From Candidatus Baldrarchaeum yapensis (lineage in GTDB: Archaea; Asgardarchaeota; Baldrarchaeia; Baldrarchaeales; Baldrarchaeaceae), in contig JAEOSH010000005.1 of NCBI GenBank assembly GCA_016840465.1, positions 22,225-54,224 on the forward strand: a DNA stretch of 32,000 nt. Direction: 5' to 3'. Made by a program: the position numbers and the translations under genes. Below are positions 6,590-17,242 of this stretch, in pieces. The notes beneath the pieces are model-generated. The model was not told the origin of the DNA and did not search any database. It saw only the letters and a program-made list of their open reading frames with translations. Position 1 is the first letter of the stretch. Each line of letters opens with the position of its first letter.

Positions 6590-8353
6590 ATGGTGGATAA
6601 GCTACTAAGTAGGGTTTTATACATCGATCTTTCAGAGAGGAAGTTCTGGGCTGAGGATCGGCGAGACCTCTTCGAGGAATACCTCGGGGGAACCGGTGTA
6701 GCTATCAATCTTTTGCGCGAGGAATGTCCAAGAGGCGCAGATCCGCTGGGACCCGATAATGTTATAATATTTGCTGTTGGACCGCTGACAGCAGTCTTTC
6801 CTATGGCATCGAAGACTGTCGCACTGTTCAAATCGCCACATACGGGAAATCTCGGTGAGAGTCACGCTGGTGGAAGAAGTGCTGCTGCAATAAGGTTAGC
6901 GGGTTATGGTGCGATTGTGATAAAGGGGCAGAGTGATATACCTGTATATGTTGCGATCCACGGCGACAAGGTGTACTTCAGAAACGCTATGGCGCTCTGG
7001 GGGATGAGAAGCACCTATACGGTCGGAAGAATAATAAGAGAGAACGAACCGGGTGCCGGAATAAGGACTATAATGAGGATAGGAAGGGCAGGAGAAAATC
7101 TCGTAACCTACGCAACGGTGGTGACTGAAACATACCGTCACTTTGGGAGACTTGGATTGGGCGCTGTCTTCGGTAGTAAAAAGCTAAAAGCAATAGTTAT
7201 TTCGGGGAAGCATTCCATTCCGGTTGCTGATTCAAAAATGTACAAAGAAGTTTATGAAGAGATCTATAAGGCCGCCGTCAAATCCCCAGCAATGAAGAAG
7301 TATCATGATATAGGAACGGCGGTAAACATATTGCCCCTTAACGAATTAGGTGCACTGCCAACGATGAATCTTAAAAAATCAAGATTTGAAAACGCTGAAA
7401 AGATAGCGGGCGAGGCGCTCGCCGAGTACTATCTAGGAAGAAGAGTGGCGTGCGCTCACTGCCCGGTTGCATGCATTCATTTGGCTATACTCAGAGAGCC
7501 TTACGTCGATGAACCTTATTTCTACAAGACAACATGGGTGTCGTATGATTACGAGCCGTTATACGCCCTTGGCACGATGCTTGGTGGCACCGACGTTTTC
7601 AAGATGCTCAAATTAATGGAGGAGGTGGAGATCCAAGGACTTGATGCAATGAGCACTGGAGTTGTACTGGCATGGGCCACCGAGGCTATGGAGCGCGGCA
7701 TGATTTCAACGAAGGAGACTCTTGGTGTTGAGTTGAAATGGGGAGATTATGACAACTATATAAAGGCCGTCCGCTTGATAGTCGAGCAACCAAATGAGTT
7801 CTATAAGGCGTTAGCGAGAGGGGTCGAGTATGCAGCATCGAAGTATGGAGGCCTAGAGTTCGCACTTGCTTTTGGCGGCAATGAGATGCCGGGGTATCAC
7901 ACGGGGCTCGCATGTTACGTTGGATATCTAACCGGGGCGCGGCATAGTCACCTCGACTCGGCGGGCTATAGTCTGGATCAGAAGATGCTCTCAATGGAAA
8001 AGAGGCTAAGTCCCGAGGAGATAGGGAAGAGACTCTTTGAAGAGGAAAGTTGGAGGCAGATACTCTCGAGCTTAGTGGTGTGCTTCTTTGCAAGGGGGAT
8101 CTACAAACCCGATATTGTTATCAAATGTCTCAAAGTGATGGGATATGATTTCGACGAGAACAGATTAATGGCGTTGGGCCGGAAAATTCTTCGCCTCAAG
8201 CATAAATTCAAATCTGACGAAGGATTCGATCCGAAAAAACTAAGAATTCCGAAGAGGATCCTTGAAACTGAAAGTCCACATGGAGTGCTCAGCGAGCAGG
8301 ATATAAGAACGGCAGTGAATGCTTATTTTGAGGAACTTTACAAGGAACAGTGA
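6590..8353 (+). CDS. aor: Aldehyde:ferredoxin oxidoreductase family (tungstopterin) enzyme
   Basis: The length and overall pattern fit the AOR family. CAHCPVAC is the AOR [4Fe-4S] Cys motif and QGLDAMSTG resembles the pterin-binding motif. The start is set at ATG 6590, which follows GGAGGGAGGAG. The track ORF opens at 6563. Confidence 0.85.
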   Translation: MVDKLLSRVLYIDLSERKFWAEDRRDLFEEYLGGTGVAINLLREECPRGADPLGPDNVIIFAVGPLTAVFPMASKTVALFKSPHTGNLGESHAGGRSAAAIRLAGYGAIVIKGQSDIPVYVAIHGDKVYFRNAMALWGMRSTYTVGRIIRENEPGAGIRTIMRIGRAGENLVTYATVVTETYRHFGRLGLGAVFGSKKLKAIVISGKHSIPVADSKMYKEVYEEIYKAAVKSPAMKKYHDIGTAVNILPLNELGALPTMNLKKSRFENAEKIAGEALAEYYLGRRVACAHCPVACIHLAILREPYVDEPYFYKTTWVSYDYEPLYALGTMLGGTDVFKMLKLMEEVEIQGLDAMSTGVVLAWATEAMERGMISTKETLGVELKWGDYDNYIKAVRLIVEQPNEFYKALARGVEYAASKYGGLEFALAFGGNEMPGYHTGLACYVGYLTGARHSHLDSAGYSLDQKMLSMEKRLSPEEIGKRLFEEESWRQILSSLVVCFFARGIYKPDIVIKCLKVMGYDFDENRLMALGRKILRLKHKFKSDEGFDPKKLRIPKRILETESPHGVLSEQDIRTAVNAYFEELYKEQ

Positions 8354-8371
8354 ATTTCCGTCAACATATTC

Positions 8372-9763
8372 TCACACATAATCTTTTTTAGCACCCTCCT
8401 TTAGTGCATTCAACAATCTTAAGATCTTATTTACAACATCTATCGCATCTTTTCCTAATATTATCGTCATGGGCTCCTTTCCCCAATCCCCCCTGTGATA
8501 TATAACGTCCGGAACCTGGCCCAACGCCTTTATCGCAACATCTGCTCCCCATATCGTGGATCTCCCTTCAATTTTCTTAACTTCAGGTGGTTCCTTGCTT
8601 CTGTCATAGAAAGAAACCTTCCAGCCTAACTCTTTGCAAACGTTAATGATTTCTTCTGAGTACTTTATGTTCATTGCTGCACGCACATTCGGGTCATACT
8701 TCATGGCTACGAGTACGTAATTTGCCACATGTCTCGAAGCTCCAAATGTGGGACATGCCGTCACCACAATTCTCTCGCCAGCTCTTACGATCCTGCCGGG
8801 TATACCGGCAACATCCATCGCACCCATGCAGTGTTCCACTGCCATCACAAGATTTGATCCCACCTCCGGTATTAATTCGAAAAGACCATCGGCTCTTTCC
8901 AAGATCCTAATAGCCGCATCGATATTTTGTAGCACCAGTGCCCGTTCCGCCTCTCTATAAACGAATGCCATCGGATCTACCGGACCTATGCCTCCTCCTA
9001 CATCTAACCCGTATTTTATTGCAATTGTAACGATGTCTTTCGCTATCCTCACAGCCTTCGGTATCTCTCTTCCTTTTGCCAGTTCTGCAGCAATCGCTGC
9101 TGAAAAAACACAGCCCGTTCCATGGGTATTCTTCGTATCTATACGCTCACTCACATAATACCTAAATCTGCCATCGAAGTATAAAATATCGGTAACGACA
9201 TTACCCCCTAAGTGACCTCCTTTTACAACAGCTGCTTTTGCACCCATGTCAACTATCGCTTTCGCTGCCTTCTCGGCATCCTCACTGCTCTTTATTCTCA
9301 TCCCTGTTATTTTTTCGGCCTCAGGAACATTGGGCGTAACCACAGTAGCGATAGGAATCAGTCTTTTTACGAGTTTTTCAAAAGCTTCTTCCCTTATCAG
9401 CAGAGTACCACTCTTAGCACGAATGATGGGATCGACAACAAGTGGGATTTTCATAGCTTCAATGGCATCGGCAACTACATCTATTATCTCGGAAGTGTAC
9501 AGCATACCCGTCTTTGCCGCTTGAACGCTAAGATCGTTCAATATCGCATCTAACTGTTGTTTAACAATGTCCGGTGGAAGAGCATATACTTCGTGGACCC
9601 CCCTCGTATTCTGTGCGGTAATAGCAGTAATTACTGATGCGCCATAAACCCTTAACGCTGCAAACGTCTTTAGATCCGCTTGTATACCCGCGCCCCCGCT
9701 GGAGTCCGATCCAGCTATTGTGAGTGCGCAGGGAAACCTTTTTCCCTTCGAAATACTCACCAT
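8372..9763 (-). CDS. thiDN: Bifunctional ThiD-ThiN: hydroxymethylpyrimidine/phosphomethylpyrimidine kinase fused to an archaeal-type thiamine-phosphate synthase domain
   Basis: The N-terminal half has the ThiD pattern ([20 protein letters not shown]...GHL...THGTGC). A C-terminal extension of about 190 aa is typical of the ThiN fusion in archaea. AGGTGA SD lies 7 nt upstream. Confidence 0.8.
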   Translation of the reverse strand: MVSISKGKRFPCALTIAGSDSSGGAGIQADLKTFAALRVYGASVITAITAQNTRGVHEVYALPPDIVKQQLDAILNDLSVQAAKTGMLYTSEIIDVVADAIEAMKIPLVVDPIIRAKSGTLLIREEAFEKLVKRLIPIATVVTPNVPEAEKITGMRIKSSEDAEKAAKAIVDMGAKAAVVKGGHLGGNVVTDILYFDGRFRYYVSERIDTKNTHGTGCVFSAAIAAELAKGREIPKAVRIAKDIVTIAIKYGLDVGGGIGPVDPMAFVYREAERALVLQNIDAAIRILERADGLFELIPEVGSNLVMAVEHCMGAMDVAGIPGRIVRAGERIVVTACPTFGASRHVANYVLVAMKYDPNVRAAMNIKYSEEIINVCKELGWKVSFYDRSKEPPEVKKIEGRSTIWGADVAIKALGQVPDVIYHRGDWGKEPMTIILGKDAIDVVNKILRLLNALKEGAKKDYV

Positions 9764-9815
9764 TTTATGATCACCTGATTCCTTCTACACCGAAAGTACT
9801 CACGTGGTGCTTTAA

Positions 9816-10973
9816 ATGGTACACCCCAAAATACCAATTGCCCAGCAAATGCTCAGGGAGATGGGTATAGACCTGTGGATGATCGTTTGTTCCGAGGCTT
9901 CCGACGTGCACAGCCCCTACCTCCTTGGTGTCACATGTTACTCGCGTCATGCAATAATAATACCCAGCACCGGAAAAAGCAGTGTGATAATTCACCAAAT
10001 GGAGGGGCCCATGGTAGAACGCCAGGGAACAGTCGATGAGGTCGTAACGTATAGGTCAACGAGAGAGTTCGTTGATAAATTGAAGGAAGTAGTGCTGTCA
10101 ATATCCGAAAAGCCAAAAATAGCGCTGAATTTTGTAGAAAACCTATACGAAGAGGGCGGTGACCCCATTAATACAATTACATATGGAGATGTCCTCGCAC
10201 TACAGAAACTCTTCCCTGGGGCCACATTCGTTTCCGCAAAGGAGATATTAGAAAAATTGACATTAACAAAAAGTGCGGAAGAAATAAGATTACACGAGAA
10301 AGCAATAGAAATAACTCTAAAAGCTATGAAGGCAGCAATAGAATTCATAAAATCCGGGGTTTCTGAATGTGAAGTCGCCGCTGAGGCAGAATATGTTATG
10401 AGAAAGGAGGGGGCAGGAACGGCTTTTTCCACAATAGTTGCCAGTGGACCAAATAGCGCTGATCCACATCATGAAACAAGCGAACGAAAAATAGGACGCG
10501 ATGACGTTGTAATATTAGACATGGGGGCAAAATATAAGCTCATGGCTGCGGATATTACATGGACTGTGTTTGTTGGAAAAAATCCGCCAAAGGATCTAGA
10601 GAAAATTTACCGTATTGTTTTAGACGCAAAAAGAGAGGCAACTAATGCCCTTAGACCTGGTATTAAGGGGTGGGAAGTGGATAAGGCGGCGAGAGACGTA
10701 ATTTACGGTAACGGTTTCTCGGATGAACATTTCAGCCATGGGACTGGTCATCCATTGGGTTTAGTCGTACATGGATTAGGACCTGCGCTAACAAAGAAGG
10801 AGTGGTCTAAGAGAGCTGAGTTGGAGTTAGTACCTACAATGATAGTTACAATAGAACCAGGAATCTATATTAGGGGAAAATACGGTGTCCGATTGGAAGA
10901 TGATGTTTTAATAACCGAGGATGGGAGAAGGATTCTCAGCAAAACGCCAGATAGCCTGTTAACGATCACTTAA
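9816..10973 (+). CDS. M24B-family metallopeptidase (Xaa-Pro aminopeptidase/prolidase-like)
   Basis: The pita-bread fold metal-ligand pattern is present: ILDMGAKY...AADITWT, HGTGHPLGLVVHG, VTIEPGIY and RLEDDVLITEDG. The start is ambiguous between ATG 9816 and ATG 9849. Confidence 0.8.
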   Translation: MVHPKIPIAQQMLREMGIDLWMIVCSEASDVHSPYLLGVTCYSRHAIIIPSTGKSSVIIHQMEGPMVERQGTVDEVVTYRSTREFVDKLKEVVLSISEKPKIALNFVENLYEEGGDPINTITYGDVLALQKLFPGATFVSAKEILEKLTLTKSAEEIRLHEKAIEITLKAMKAAIEFIKSGVSECEVAAEAEYVMRKEGAGTAFSTIVASGPNSADPHHETSERKIGRDDVVILDMGAKYKLMAADITWTVFVGKNPPKDLEKIYRIVLDAKREATNALRPGIKGWEVDKAARDVIYGNGFSDEHFSHGTGHPLGLVVHGLGPALTKKEWSKRAELELVPTMIVTIEPGIYIRGKYGVRLEDDVLITEDGRRILSKTPDSLLTIT

Positions 10974-11163
10974 TACATTAATATCAGATCCGCTGCATAC
11001 AATACCCGTTTAAGTAACTTATCATACTTTATATTCAATTTTATGCTTTTTGGCCAAGTTTTTTGCTTTAAACAAAAAAATGTTAATAAATACTGTCGTA
11101 TTACGTCACTTTTTTAAGTGTATGTGTTGAAGGATCGTTTGAGGATGAGTAGAGGTGCCCAAG

Positions 11164-12627
11164 ATGAAAAAGGTGCTTAATAGAAGCATAGCGCTAAGTT
11201 TTGCATTCTATGTGCTATTGCTGTTCCCCATTGTCATCGCAGCTGCCTCCGCGGGCACCGCTTACGCGACAAAAATCAGTAACGTTCAGATTCCTGCAAA
11301 CTACGAGCAGATGGTATTAATGCAAAGAGCAAAAGTATACTCCGAAATTGTGACGTTAACACAGTTTTCAACAATTAGGGCCGGATTCATATATGTAGGT
11401 CCAATTGGAGACTATGGATGGACCCACGCTCATGATAGAGGAAGAAAGATAGTTGATGATAAATATAACTGGTTAGAAACAGTGTACGTAGAAAGCGTTA
11501 GTGAAGATAAATGTTATGATGTAATTAGGCAATTAGTCGAAGTTAACAAATGTAATGTTATATTTACAACGAGTTTTGGATTCATGGACCCAACACTTGA
11601 AGCGGCTAAGTACTACTACGATGAACTGGGTTGGAGAAATGTGACGTTCTTCCACTGCTCCGGTTTTAAGAACTACACTAATATGGGTAATTACTTTGCA
11701 GAGTTTTATCAAATCTACTACTTGAATGGTCTGATGGCAGGTGCATTGACAAAAACCGGCAAAGCCGGCTATGTGGCGGCACACTTAATTCCCGAGGTAA
11801 TACGACATATAAACGCGTTTGCACTTGGCTTTAAAGAGGTCGCGATGCAACGCGGTTTTAAGAATCCAACCGTCTATGTGATGAAAATAGGGAAGTGGTA
11901 CGATCCGGATAAGGCTAGAGAGTTAGCGAAAATACTCGTTGAGGAGTATGGATGTGATGTCCTCGCGTTTACTGAGGACTCTCCAGCTGTTATACAGTAT
12001 TGTCAGAAACTCTTTGAAGAAACAGGAAAACTCGTATACACATTCGCTCACTACAGTCCGATGCTAAAATATGGGCCAAATGTTACTGTAAGTGGACAAC
12101 TTGCGCACTGGGAGGTTATATACGAGGACATATTGGTTAAGATACATGAAGGGAAACTAACGCCCAATAACATAAGCAATCTACCTCCATTCTACTACTG
12201 GTGGAGGCTTGGAGAGGGCGCAGTGGAGCTTGGATGTGACTATGGTGTTATGATAAACCCCATCTTCTTGGACGATTTGAAGAGCATAACTGTCAAAGAT
12301 AAATTGACGAATGAAACCGTATCAGCGTATGAATTGATAATGCGAAGATTAAATGCTATGAACAAGACAAAACCCGACTTTGATCCGTTTACTGGTCCAA
12401 TAAAGGCCGCGAACGGAACAATAGTGATAAAGGAGGGTGAAGTGCTACCTGAGAAGGATCTATGGGCATTATACTTTGGTATGAATTGGTTTGTTGAGGG
12501 AGTTGTCGTAATTGAGGAGAAGCCAGCGCCGTTTGCATGGGAGTGGTGGATGATAGCGCTAATAGCCGTGGCAGTAATCGTGGTGGTAATAGTACTGGTG
12601 TCGCTTGCCAGAAGAAGGAGGCCTTAA
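11164..12627 (+). CDS. BMP-family (PnrA-like, nucleoside-type) ABC transporter substrate-binding protein with an N-terminal signal sequence and a C-terminal TM anchor
   Basis: It is the first gene of an SBP-ATPase-permease-permease operon. The IYVGPIGDYGWTHAHD block resembles the BMP-family N-terminal motif. The C-terminus WWMIALIAVAVIVVVIVLVSLARRRRP is a TM segment with a basic tail. ATG 11164 follows AGGTG. The track ORF opens at GTG 11155. Confidence 0.7.
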   Translation: MKKVLNRSIALSFAFYVLLLFPIVIAAASAGTAYATKISNVQIPANYEQMVLMQRAKVYSEIVTLTQFSTIRAGFIYVGPIGDYGWTHAHDRGRKIVDDKYNWLETVYVESVSEDKCYDVIRQLVEVNKCNVIFTTSFGFMDPTLEAAKYYYDELGWRNVTFFHCSGFKNYTNMGNYFAEFYQIYYLNGLMAGALTKTGKAGYVAAHLIPEVIRHINAFALGFKEVAMQRGFKNPTVYVMKIGKWYDPDKARELAKILVEEYGCDVLAFTEDSPAVIQYCQKLFEETGKLVYTFAHYSPMLKYGPNVTVSGQLAHWEVIYEDILVKIHEGKLTPNNISNLPPFYYWWRLGEGAVELGCDYGVMINPIFLDDLKSITVKDKLTNETVSAYELIMRRLNAMNKTKPDFDPFTGPIKAANGTIVIKEGEVLPEKDLWALYFGMNWFVEGVVVIEEKPAPFAWEWWMIALIAVAVIVVVIVLVSLARRRRP

Positions 12628-12708
12628 AAATGCCATTTTCAACTATCTTCCATATTTTTCATTTATTTTTGTGTTTTTATGTTCATCAATTGCTTGAGGT
12701 GATATCTC

Positions 12709-14292
12709 ATGTGTGAGAATTATGAGGTTGCTGTTCTTATGAAGAATATTACGAAGAGGTTCCACAACATCGTTGCGAACGATCGTATTACCTTTGACGT
12801 GAAGGTTGGAGAGATCCACGCACTCCTTGGAGAGAACGGCGCCGGAAAGACCACGCTCATGAATATCCTATTCGGGCACTATCGGCCCGATGAGGGCGAA
12901 ATTTACGTTTATGGAAGAAAAGTGAAGATTTCCTGCCCACGTGATGCGATCAAGCTGGGCATTATGATGATCCATCAGCATCCACTCCTAGTGGAGAATC
13001 TTTCTGTACTGGAGAACATAGCGTTATTGTATGGTATACATGATTCACTAGGGTTGTTGCTTTCACCTAGGAAGTTGAGAGATAAGTTGACCGATATGAT
13101 AGAGAAATACAATTTGAAGATAGATTTAGATGCTAAAGTCTGGCAATTATCTGCAAGCCAGAAGCAACAAGTTGAACTCTTGAAGGCGTTAGTATACGAT
13201 TCCAAAATATTGATACTTGACGAGCCAACTTCTATATTGACTCCAATTGAGAAGGAGTGGTTATTTTCGTTTATACGGAAAATGAAGAGGGATGGTAAGT
13301 CGGTTATTTTCATAACACACAAGTTAGAAGAGGCCATCTCTATAAGTGATAGAATAACCGTCTTGCGCAGGGGTAGGGTTGTTGGCACTTTAAATTCCTC
13401 CGAAACTAGTGTCCAAGAGTTAGCAAGACTCATGATAGGAGAGGAGGGTTTGCGCAACGAGCGAATCGTATCCATTCAGAAAAGAGCGGATGGTGATCTG
13501 GATAATAAGCGTATCGTTCTCGAAGTCTCAGATCTCTCGGTATTAGACGATAGGGGATCGCCAGCCGTACGCGGTGTCTCCTTTGAAGTCTACGAGGGTG
13601 AAATATTTGGTATTATCGGTGTGTCAGGTAATGGCCAGACAGAATTAGTAGAAGCCATAACAGGTCTAAGAAAAGTGCAAAAGGGACGTATAAGGATTGA
13701 TAGTCAGGACGTGACAAATAGAGGACCAAGGTATATTCAATCGTTAGGTGTTGCACATATACCGGAGCACAGAATTAAGCACGGAATAGTTTCCGAGTTG
13801 AGTGTTGCTGAAAACCTCGTGTTAAAAGTTTATAGGAAGCCTCCCTTCTGTAAAGGCCCGTATCTTAATTCAAAAGAGATATCACGGTGGGCTCGTGAAC
13901 TCATATCCGAGTTTTCGATAGTGACTCCGAATGAAAAGATTCCCGTTGGACAACTTTCGGGTGGTAACATTCAGAGAGTTATCGTTGCGAGAGAGGTTTC
14001 TATGAAGCCAAAGTTACTAATCGCGGCATACCCCACGCACGGATTGGACATCGCTGCCACGAGATTTGTTAGGGAAATTCTAAAGTCGGAGAAAGATAGA
14101 GGATGCGCCGTTCTTCTAGTTTCGAACGATATTGATGAGGTCCTCGAGCTGTGTGATAGGATCGCTGTGATGTATGAGGGAAGGATACTGAAAATTATAA
14201 GTGCTGAGGAGGCAACGAAAGAGAAAATAGGACTACTGATGAGTGGAGTTGATACGATTGAAGGTGCTCAGATCGATCAACATTACCATTAG
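12709..14292 (+). CDS. ABC transporter ATP-binding protein with duplicated ATPase domains (sugar/nucleoside uptake type)
   Basis: Domain 1 has Walker A GENGAGKTT, signature LSASQKQ and Walker B ILILDEPTS. Domain 2 has GVSGNGQTE, LSGGNIQ and a degenerate Walker B. GAGGTGAT SD precedes ATG 12709. Confidence 0.9.
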   Translation: MCENYEVAVLMKNITKRFHNIVANDRITFDVKVGEIHALLGENGAGKTTLMNILFGHYRPDEGEIYVYGRKVKISCPRDAIKLGIMMIHQHPLLVENLSVLENIALLYGIHDSLGLLLSPRKLRDKLTDMIEKYNLKIDLDAKVWQLSASQKQQVELLKALVYDSKILILDEPTSILTPIEKEWLFSFIRKMKRDGKSVIFITHKLEEAISISDRITVLRRGRVVGTLNSSETSVQELARLMIGEEGLRNERIVSIQKRADGDLDNKRIVLEVSDLSVLDDRGSPAVRGVSFEVYEGEIFGIIGVSGNGQTELVEAITGLRKVQKGRIRIDSQDVTNRGPRYIQSLGVAHIPEHRIKHGIVSELSVAENLVLKVYRKPPFCKGPYLNSKEISRWARELISEFSIVTPNEKIPVGQLSGGNIQRVIVAREVSMKPKLLIAAYPTHGLDIAATRFVREILKSEKDRGCAVLLVSNDIDEVLELCDRIAVMYEGRILKIISAEEATKEKIGLLMSGVDTIEGAQIDQHYH

Positions 14293-15355
14293 AAGGAGGG
14301 AACATGTACCTAGGATATTTGAGCTTTTGATCCCAGTGTGCTCCGCGGTTGTCGGCTTGGTCGTGTGCGCGCTGATATTTCTCTTGCAGGGAATAGATCC
14401 TATATATGCTTATTCCGAGATCTACCGTTACTCTTTGGGAGGGCCGATACAAGTATCCAATGTAATTAGGGTTATGATTCCGTTAATACTCTGTGCAACG
14501 GGATTGATACTCGTGTTCCGTGCTGGAGTTTGGAACATAGGGGCTGAGGGACAAATACTAATAGGAGCCATTGTTGCAACCGGGGTGGCTCTCTTCGTAC
14601 TCCAGGGCAATACTAACAGTGCACTTTTTATATTCTCCATGATAACTCTCGGATTCATATTTGGGGGGCTCTGGGCTCTTATTCCTGCGATTTTAAAGGC
14701 AAAGCTTGACGTAAATGAAATAATCACAACGCTGATGATGAACTATATAGCTGCTTATATACTTCAGTATCTAGTATACGGTCCGTGGAAGGGAAAAAAG
14801 ACGTTTGGTTTTCCGATCACTGATGAAATACCACCTCAAGCACATTTTCCATTAATTCCGGGGACATTAATTCACATTCCTACATTGATACTCGCTATTT
14901 GCTCGATTGTGTTTGTATTCTTCGTGATGACACAAACGACCCTCGGTTACGAGATAAAGGTTTTTGGATCAAACCCGGATGCCGCGAAGTATGCTGGTAT
15001 AAGCAAAACGAAAGTGATATTGATAACTATGTTCATAAGTGGTGGACTTGCAGGGGTTGCGGGAGCAGGGGAGATCGGAGGTGTGCATCATCGGTTAATA
15101 TATAACCCATGGAGTATTTCTGCAAACTATGGGTTTACTGCGATCATAGTTGCGTTTCTCGCAAGACTAAATCCCATAGGTATCATCCCCGCAGCGTTTC
15201 TGATGGCAATATTGATAGTTGGAACAAGAGCTTTGCAAATAACATTTAACTTGCCAGTAGGTGTGATTAATGTCTTTAATGGGAGTATTTTGATAACGAT
15301 GGTGAGTATGGAGTTTTTCAGACATTATAGGATCGTAATAAGAAGATCCGAGTGA
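14243..15355 (+). CDS. ABC transporter permease (RnsC/YufP-like)
   Basis: It is a polytopic membrane protein immediately following the ATPase. The GTG start overlaps the ATPase 3' end by 50 nt, so the exact start is uncertain. Confidence 0.8.
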   Translation: MELIRLKVLRSINITIRRREHVPRIFELLIPVCSAVVGLVVCALIFLLQGIDPIYAYSEIYRYSLGGPIQVSNVIRVMIPLILCATGLILVFRAGVWNIGAEGQILIGAIVATGVALFVLQGNTNSALFIFSMITLGFIFGGLWALIPAILKAKLDVNEIITTLMMNYIAAYILQYLVYGPWKGKKTFGFPITDEIPPQAHFPLIPGTLIHIPTLILAICSIVFVFFVMTQTTLGYEIKVFGSNPDAAKYAGISKTKVILITMFISGGLAGVAGAGEIGGVHHRLIYNPWSISANYGFTAIIVAFLARLNPIGIIPAAFLMAILIVGTRALQITFNLPVGVINVFNGSILITMVSMEFFRHYRIVIRRSE

Positions 15356-15367
15356 GGTGAGCGTCAC

Positions 15368-16303
15368 ATGAGCATTGAGGCGACTATTGTCTCCATATTA
15401 AGGTCAATAATTTACATATCGACACCAATACTGTTAGCGACACTTGGGGAGATATATGCGGAACGTTCCGGAGTATTGAATCTAGGAATCGAGGGTATTA
15501 TGAGTATGGGAGCGGTTTGCGCGTTCATAATTACCTTTACTACTGGAAATCCCCTCTTAGGGGTGCTCATATCGCTGATTGTGGGGGCTATTCTTGCATT
15601 TATTCATGCATTCGTATCAGCATCTTTGAATGCAAATCAGGTGGTGTCGGGACTTGCATTGGCAATGTTCGGTCTAGGGTTGAGTAGCACCATTGGGCAG
15701 AGATATGTCGGAGAGGTTTTAAGAAATTATTTAAAGCCCGTGCCAGTACCCGTGCTGTCCCAAATACCAATAATAGGTCCAGCATTTTTCGTTCAAGACA
15801 TTATTGTCTACATGTCTTATGTGCTCGTTGTGGTTTTATGGTTTATTCTATTTAAAACCCGTTGGGGACTCTATATCAGAGCGGTTGGTGAGAACCCCTA
15901 TACGGCTGACGCCATGGGAGTGAACGTGATTTTTGTAAGGTACGTTTGCGTGATTCTAGGAGGAGCGCTTGCGGGACTCGGTGGAGCATATATTACATTA
16001 GCATATATGCCGACGTGGATAGAGGGAATAACCATGGGGAAAGGATGGATTGCAATCGCACTTGTAATTCTTGCAATGTGGGATCCGTTAAAGGGATTCC
16101 TAGCAACGTATTTCTTCTGTGGCGTGATGGTGGTTGCGATAAGGGTACAGGTTTTTGGCGCCAACCCCTACATAATAAACTCGATACCCTATATAGCGAC
16201 AATAATTGTAATGATACTAGGAGCCAGCGAGACTCTCAGAAGGCGCATTGGCGCGCCTGCTGCACTATGTAAACCATTCATAAGGGAAGAAAGAGCCTTA
16301 TAA
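15368..16303 (+). CDS. ABC transporter permease (RnsD/YufQ-like)
   Basis: It is a polytopic membrane protein and a paralogue-like partner of the preceding permease. GAGGTGAG SD precedes ATG 15368. Confidence 0.8.
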   Translation: MSIEATIVSILRSIIYISTPILLATLGEIYAERSGVLNLGIEGIMSMGAVCAFIITFTTGNPLLGVLISLIVGAILAFIHAFVSASLNANQVVSGLALAMFGLGLSSTIGQRYVGEVLRNYLKPVPVPVLSQIPIIGPAFFVQDIIVYMSYVLVVVLWFILFKTRWGLYIRAVGENPYTADAMGVNVIFVRYVCVILGGALAGLGGAYITLAYMPTWIEGITMGKGWIAIALVILAMWDPLKGFLATYFFCGVMVVAIRVQVFGANPYIINSIPYIATIIVMILGASETLRRRIGAPAALCKPFIREERAL

Positions 16304-16326
16304 ACTATTGTACAGGGAGAAGGCAT

Positions 16327-17160
16327 TCAAAAGGATTGCACTGTTAGATTTATGATCTTATGAACGTTGCTTGACCCTAAACCTATTTCCTCAGCGATTC
16401 TTATGTATCTTATATCTGACAGTGTTTTATGTGCGAGAGAGGGTGATACCCCTTGTAGTAAATGGAATCCTAAGGAGTCAAGCGCCACAGGATCAGTACC
16501 TGCAATCATGTATCCAAGTTTTGCTTCGTTTCCGCCATGTCTTCTCTCTTGGGCTCGTATTAATGTTCTGATGCAATCTACTATGAACAAATTTGTTTTT
16601 ATAATGGCATTTATCTCTGCAATAGCGGAGTGTATGTCTTTTCGCCCAGTATGCGTGTCTATTCTATCTTGAGCGGAAAAGTAACCATATTGGTTCTTTA
16701 AAGCGGCGGTGAGTCCGACAACCATATGAACTTTCAGCACCGGCAATGAGATTACAAAGTCATGTTTTAGAGGGACGATGGATAGCGTCAGTTCAGTGCC
16801 ACGTGGTCCAGTGAATTTGCGCATCTCGTGCGCGTATAAGTTTAGCAGGCGTATTCCAAACTCCTTGCAAACATGGCTCAGTGGATGTTCGGATATTATC
16901 TTGTTACTGTCACCGGCGTCCACGGCTGGCCCATCACCGACCGTGAACTCCACTCCCAAGTCCTCTAGAAATGTTAAAACTGCCCTGAGGGTGTCAGGAT
17001 GAGTAGTCGTCGGATAGGGTTCCCACGAAACGAGATTTACTTTTACGAAAACCCTGTTTGTCCTTTCGATTTCATCTTTGAAGTTTTCCAAGAATTTAAG
17101 TACAAATTCTTCTCTATTTTCGGTTTTTGCTGCATATACGATTCCCTTCATTAACATCAC
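16327..17160 (-). CDS. DUF362-domain protein
   Basis: The N-terminal pattern VFVKVNLVS...YPTTTHPDTLRAVLTFLEDLG...VGDGPA and the size resemble the DUF362 family. The function is unknown. Confidence 0.5.
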   Translation of the reverse strand: MMLMKGIVYAAKTENREEFVLKFLENFKDEIERTNRVFVKVNLVSWEPYPTTTHPDTLRAVLTFLEDLGVEFTVGDGPAVDAGDSNKIISEHPLSHVCKEFGIRLLNLYAHEMRKFTGPRGTELTLSIVPLKHDFVISLPVLKVHMVVGLTAALKNQYGYFSAQDRIDTHTGRKDIHSAIAEINAIIKTNLFIVDCIRTLIRAQERRHGGNEAKLGYMIAGTDPVALDSLGFHLLQGVSPSLAHKTLSDIRYIRIAEEIGLGSSNVHKIINLTVQSF

Positions 17161-17242
17161 CAGTTTAGATGGTAATGCATAAACCCCTAAGTATATACTT
17201 TTTTTGGGTTAACTTGTAGACCGAGGTCGAGTGGTGGGGTAT

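Noticed and set aside
9764-9849. The idea that one palindromic TATA (CTTTAAAT, 9810-9817) serves both thiDN and the M24 peptidase, forcing the peptidase start to ATG 9849
   Set aside because: An alternative TATA-like ATTTTATGAT (9762-9771) plus a GGTG SD before ATG 9816 explains the + gene equally well. The data in hand cannot discriminate between the two. I record this only as start-codon ambiguity.
14291-14306. A strong SD (GAAGGAGGG) followed by an out-of-frame ATG (14304) at the ATPase/permease junction, which could indicate a frameshift in the permease
   Set aside because: The in-frame sequence upstream (ITIRRREHVPRIFELLIP) already looks like a genuine permease N-terminus. An overlapping GTG/TTG start is common in such operons. 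The ATG frame terminates after 8 codons.
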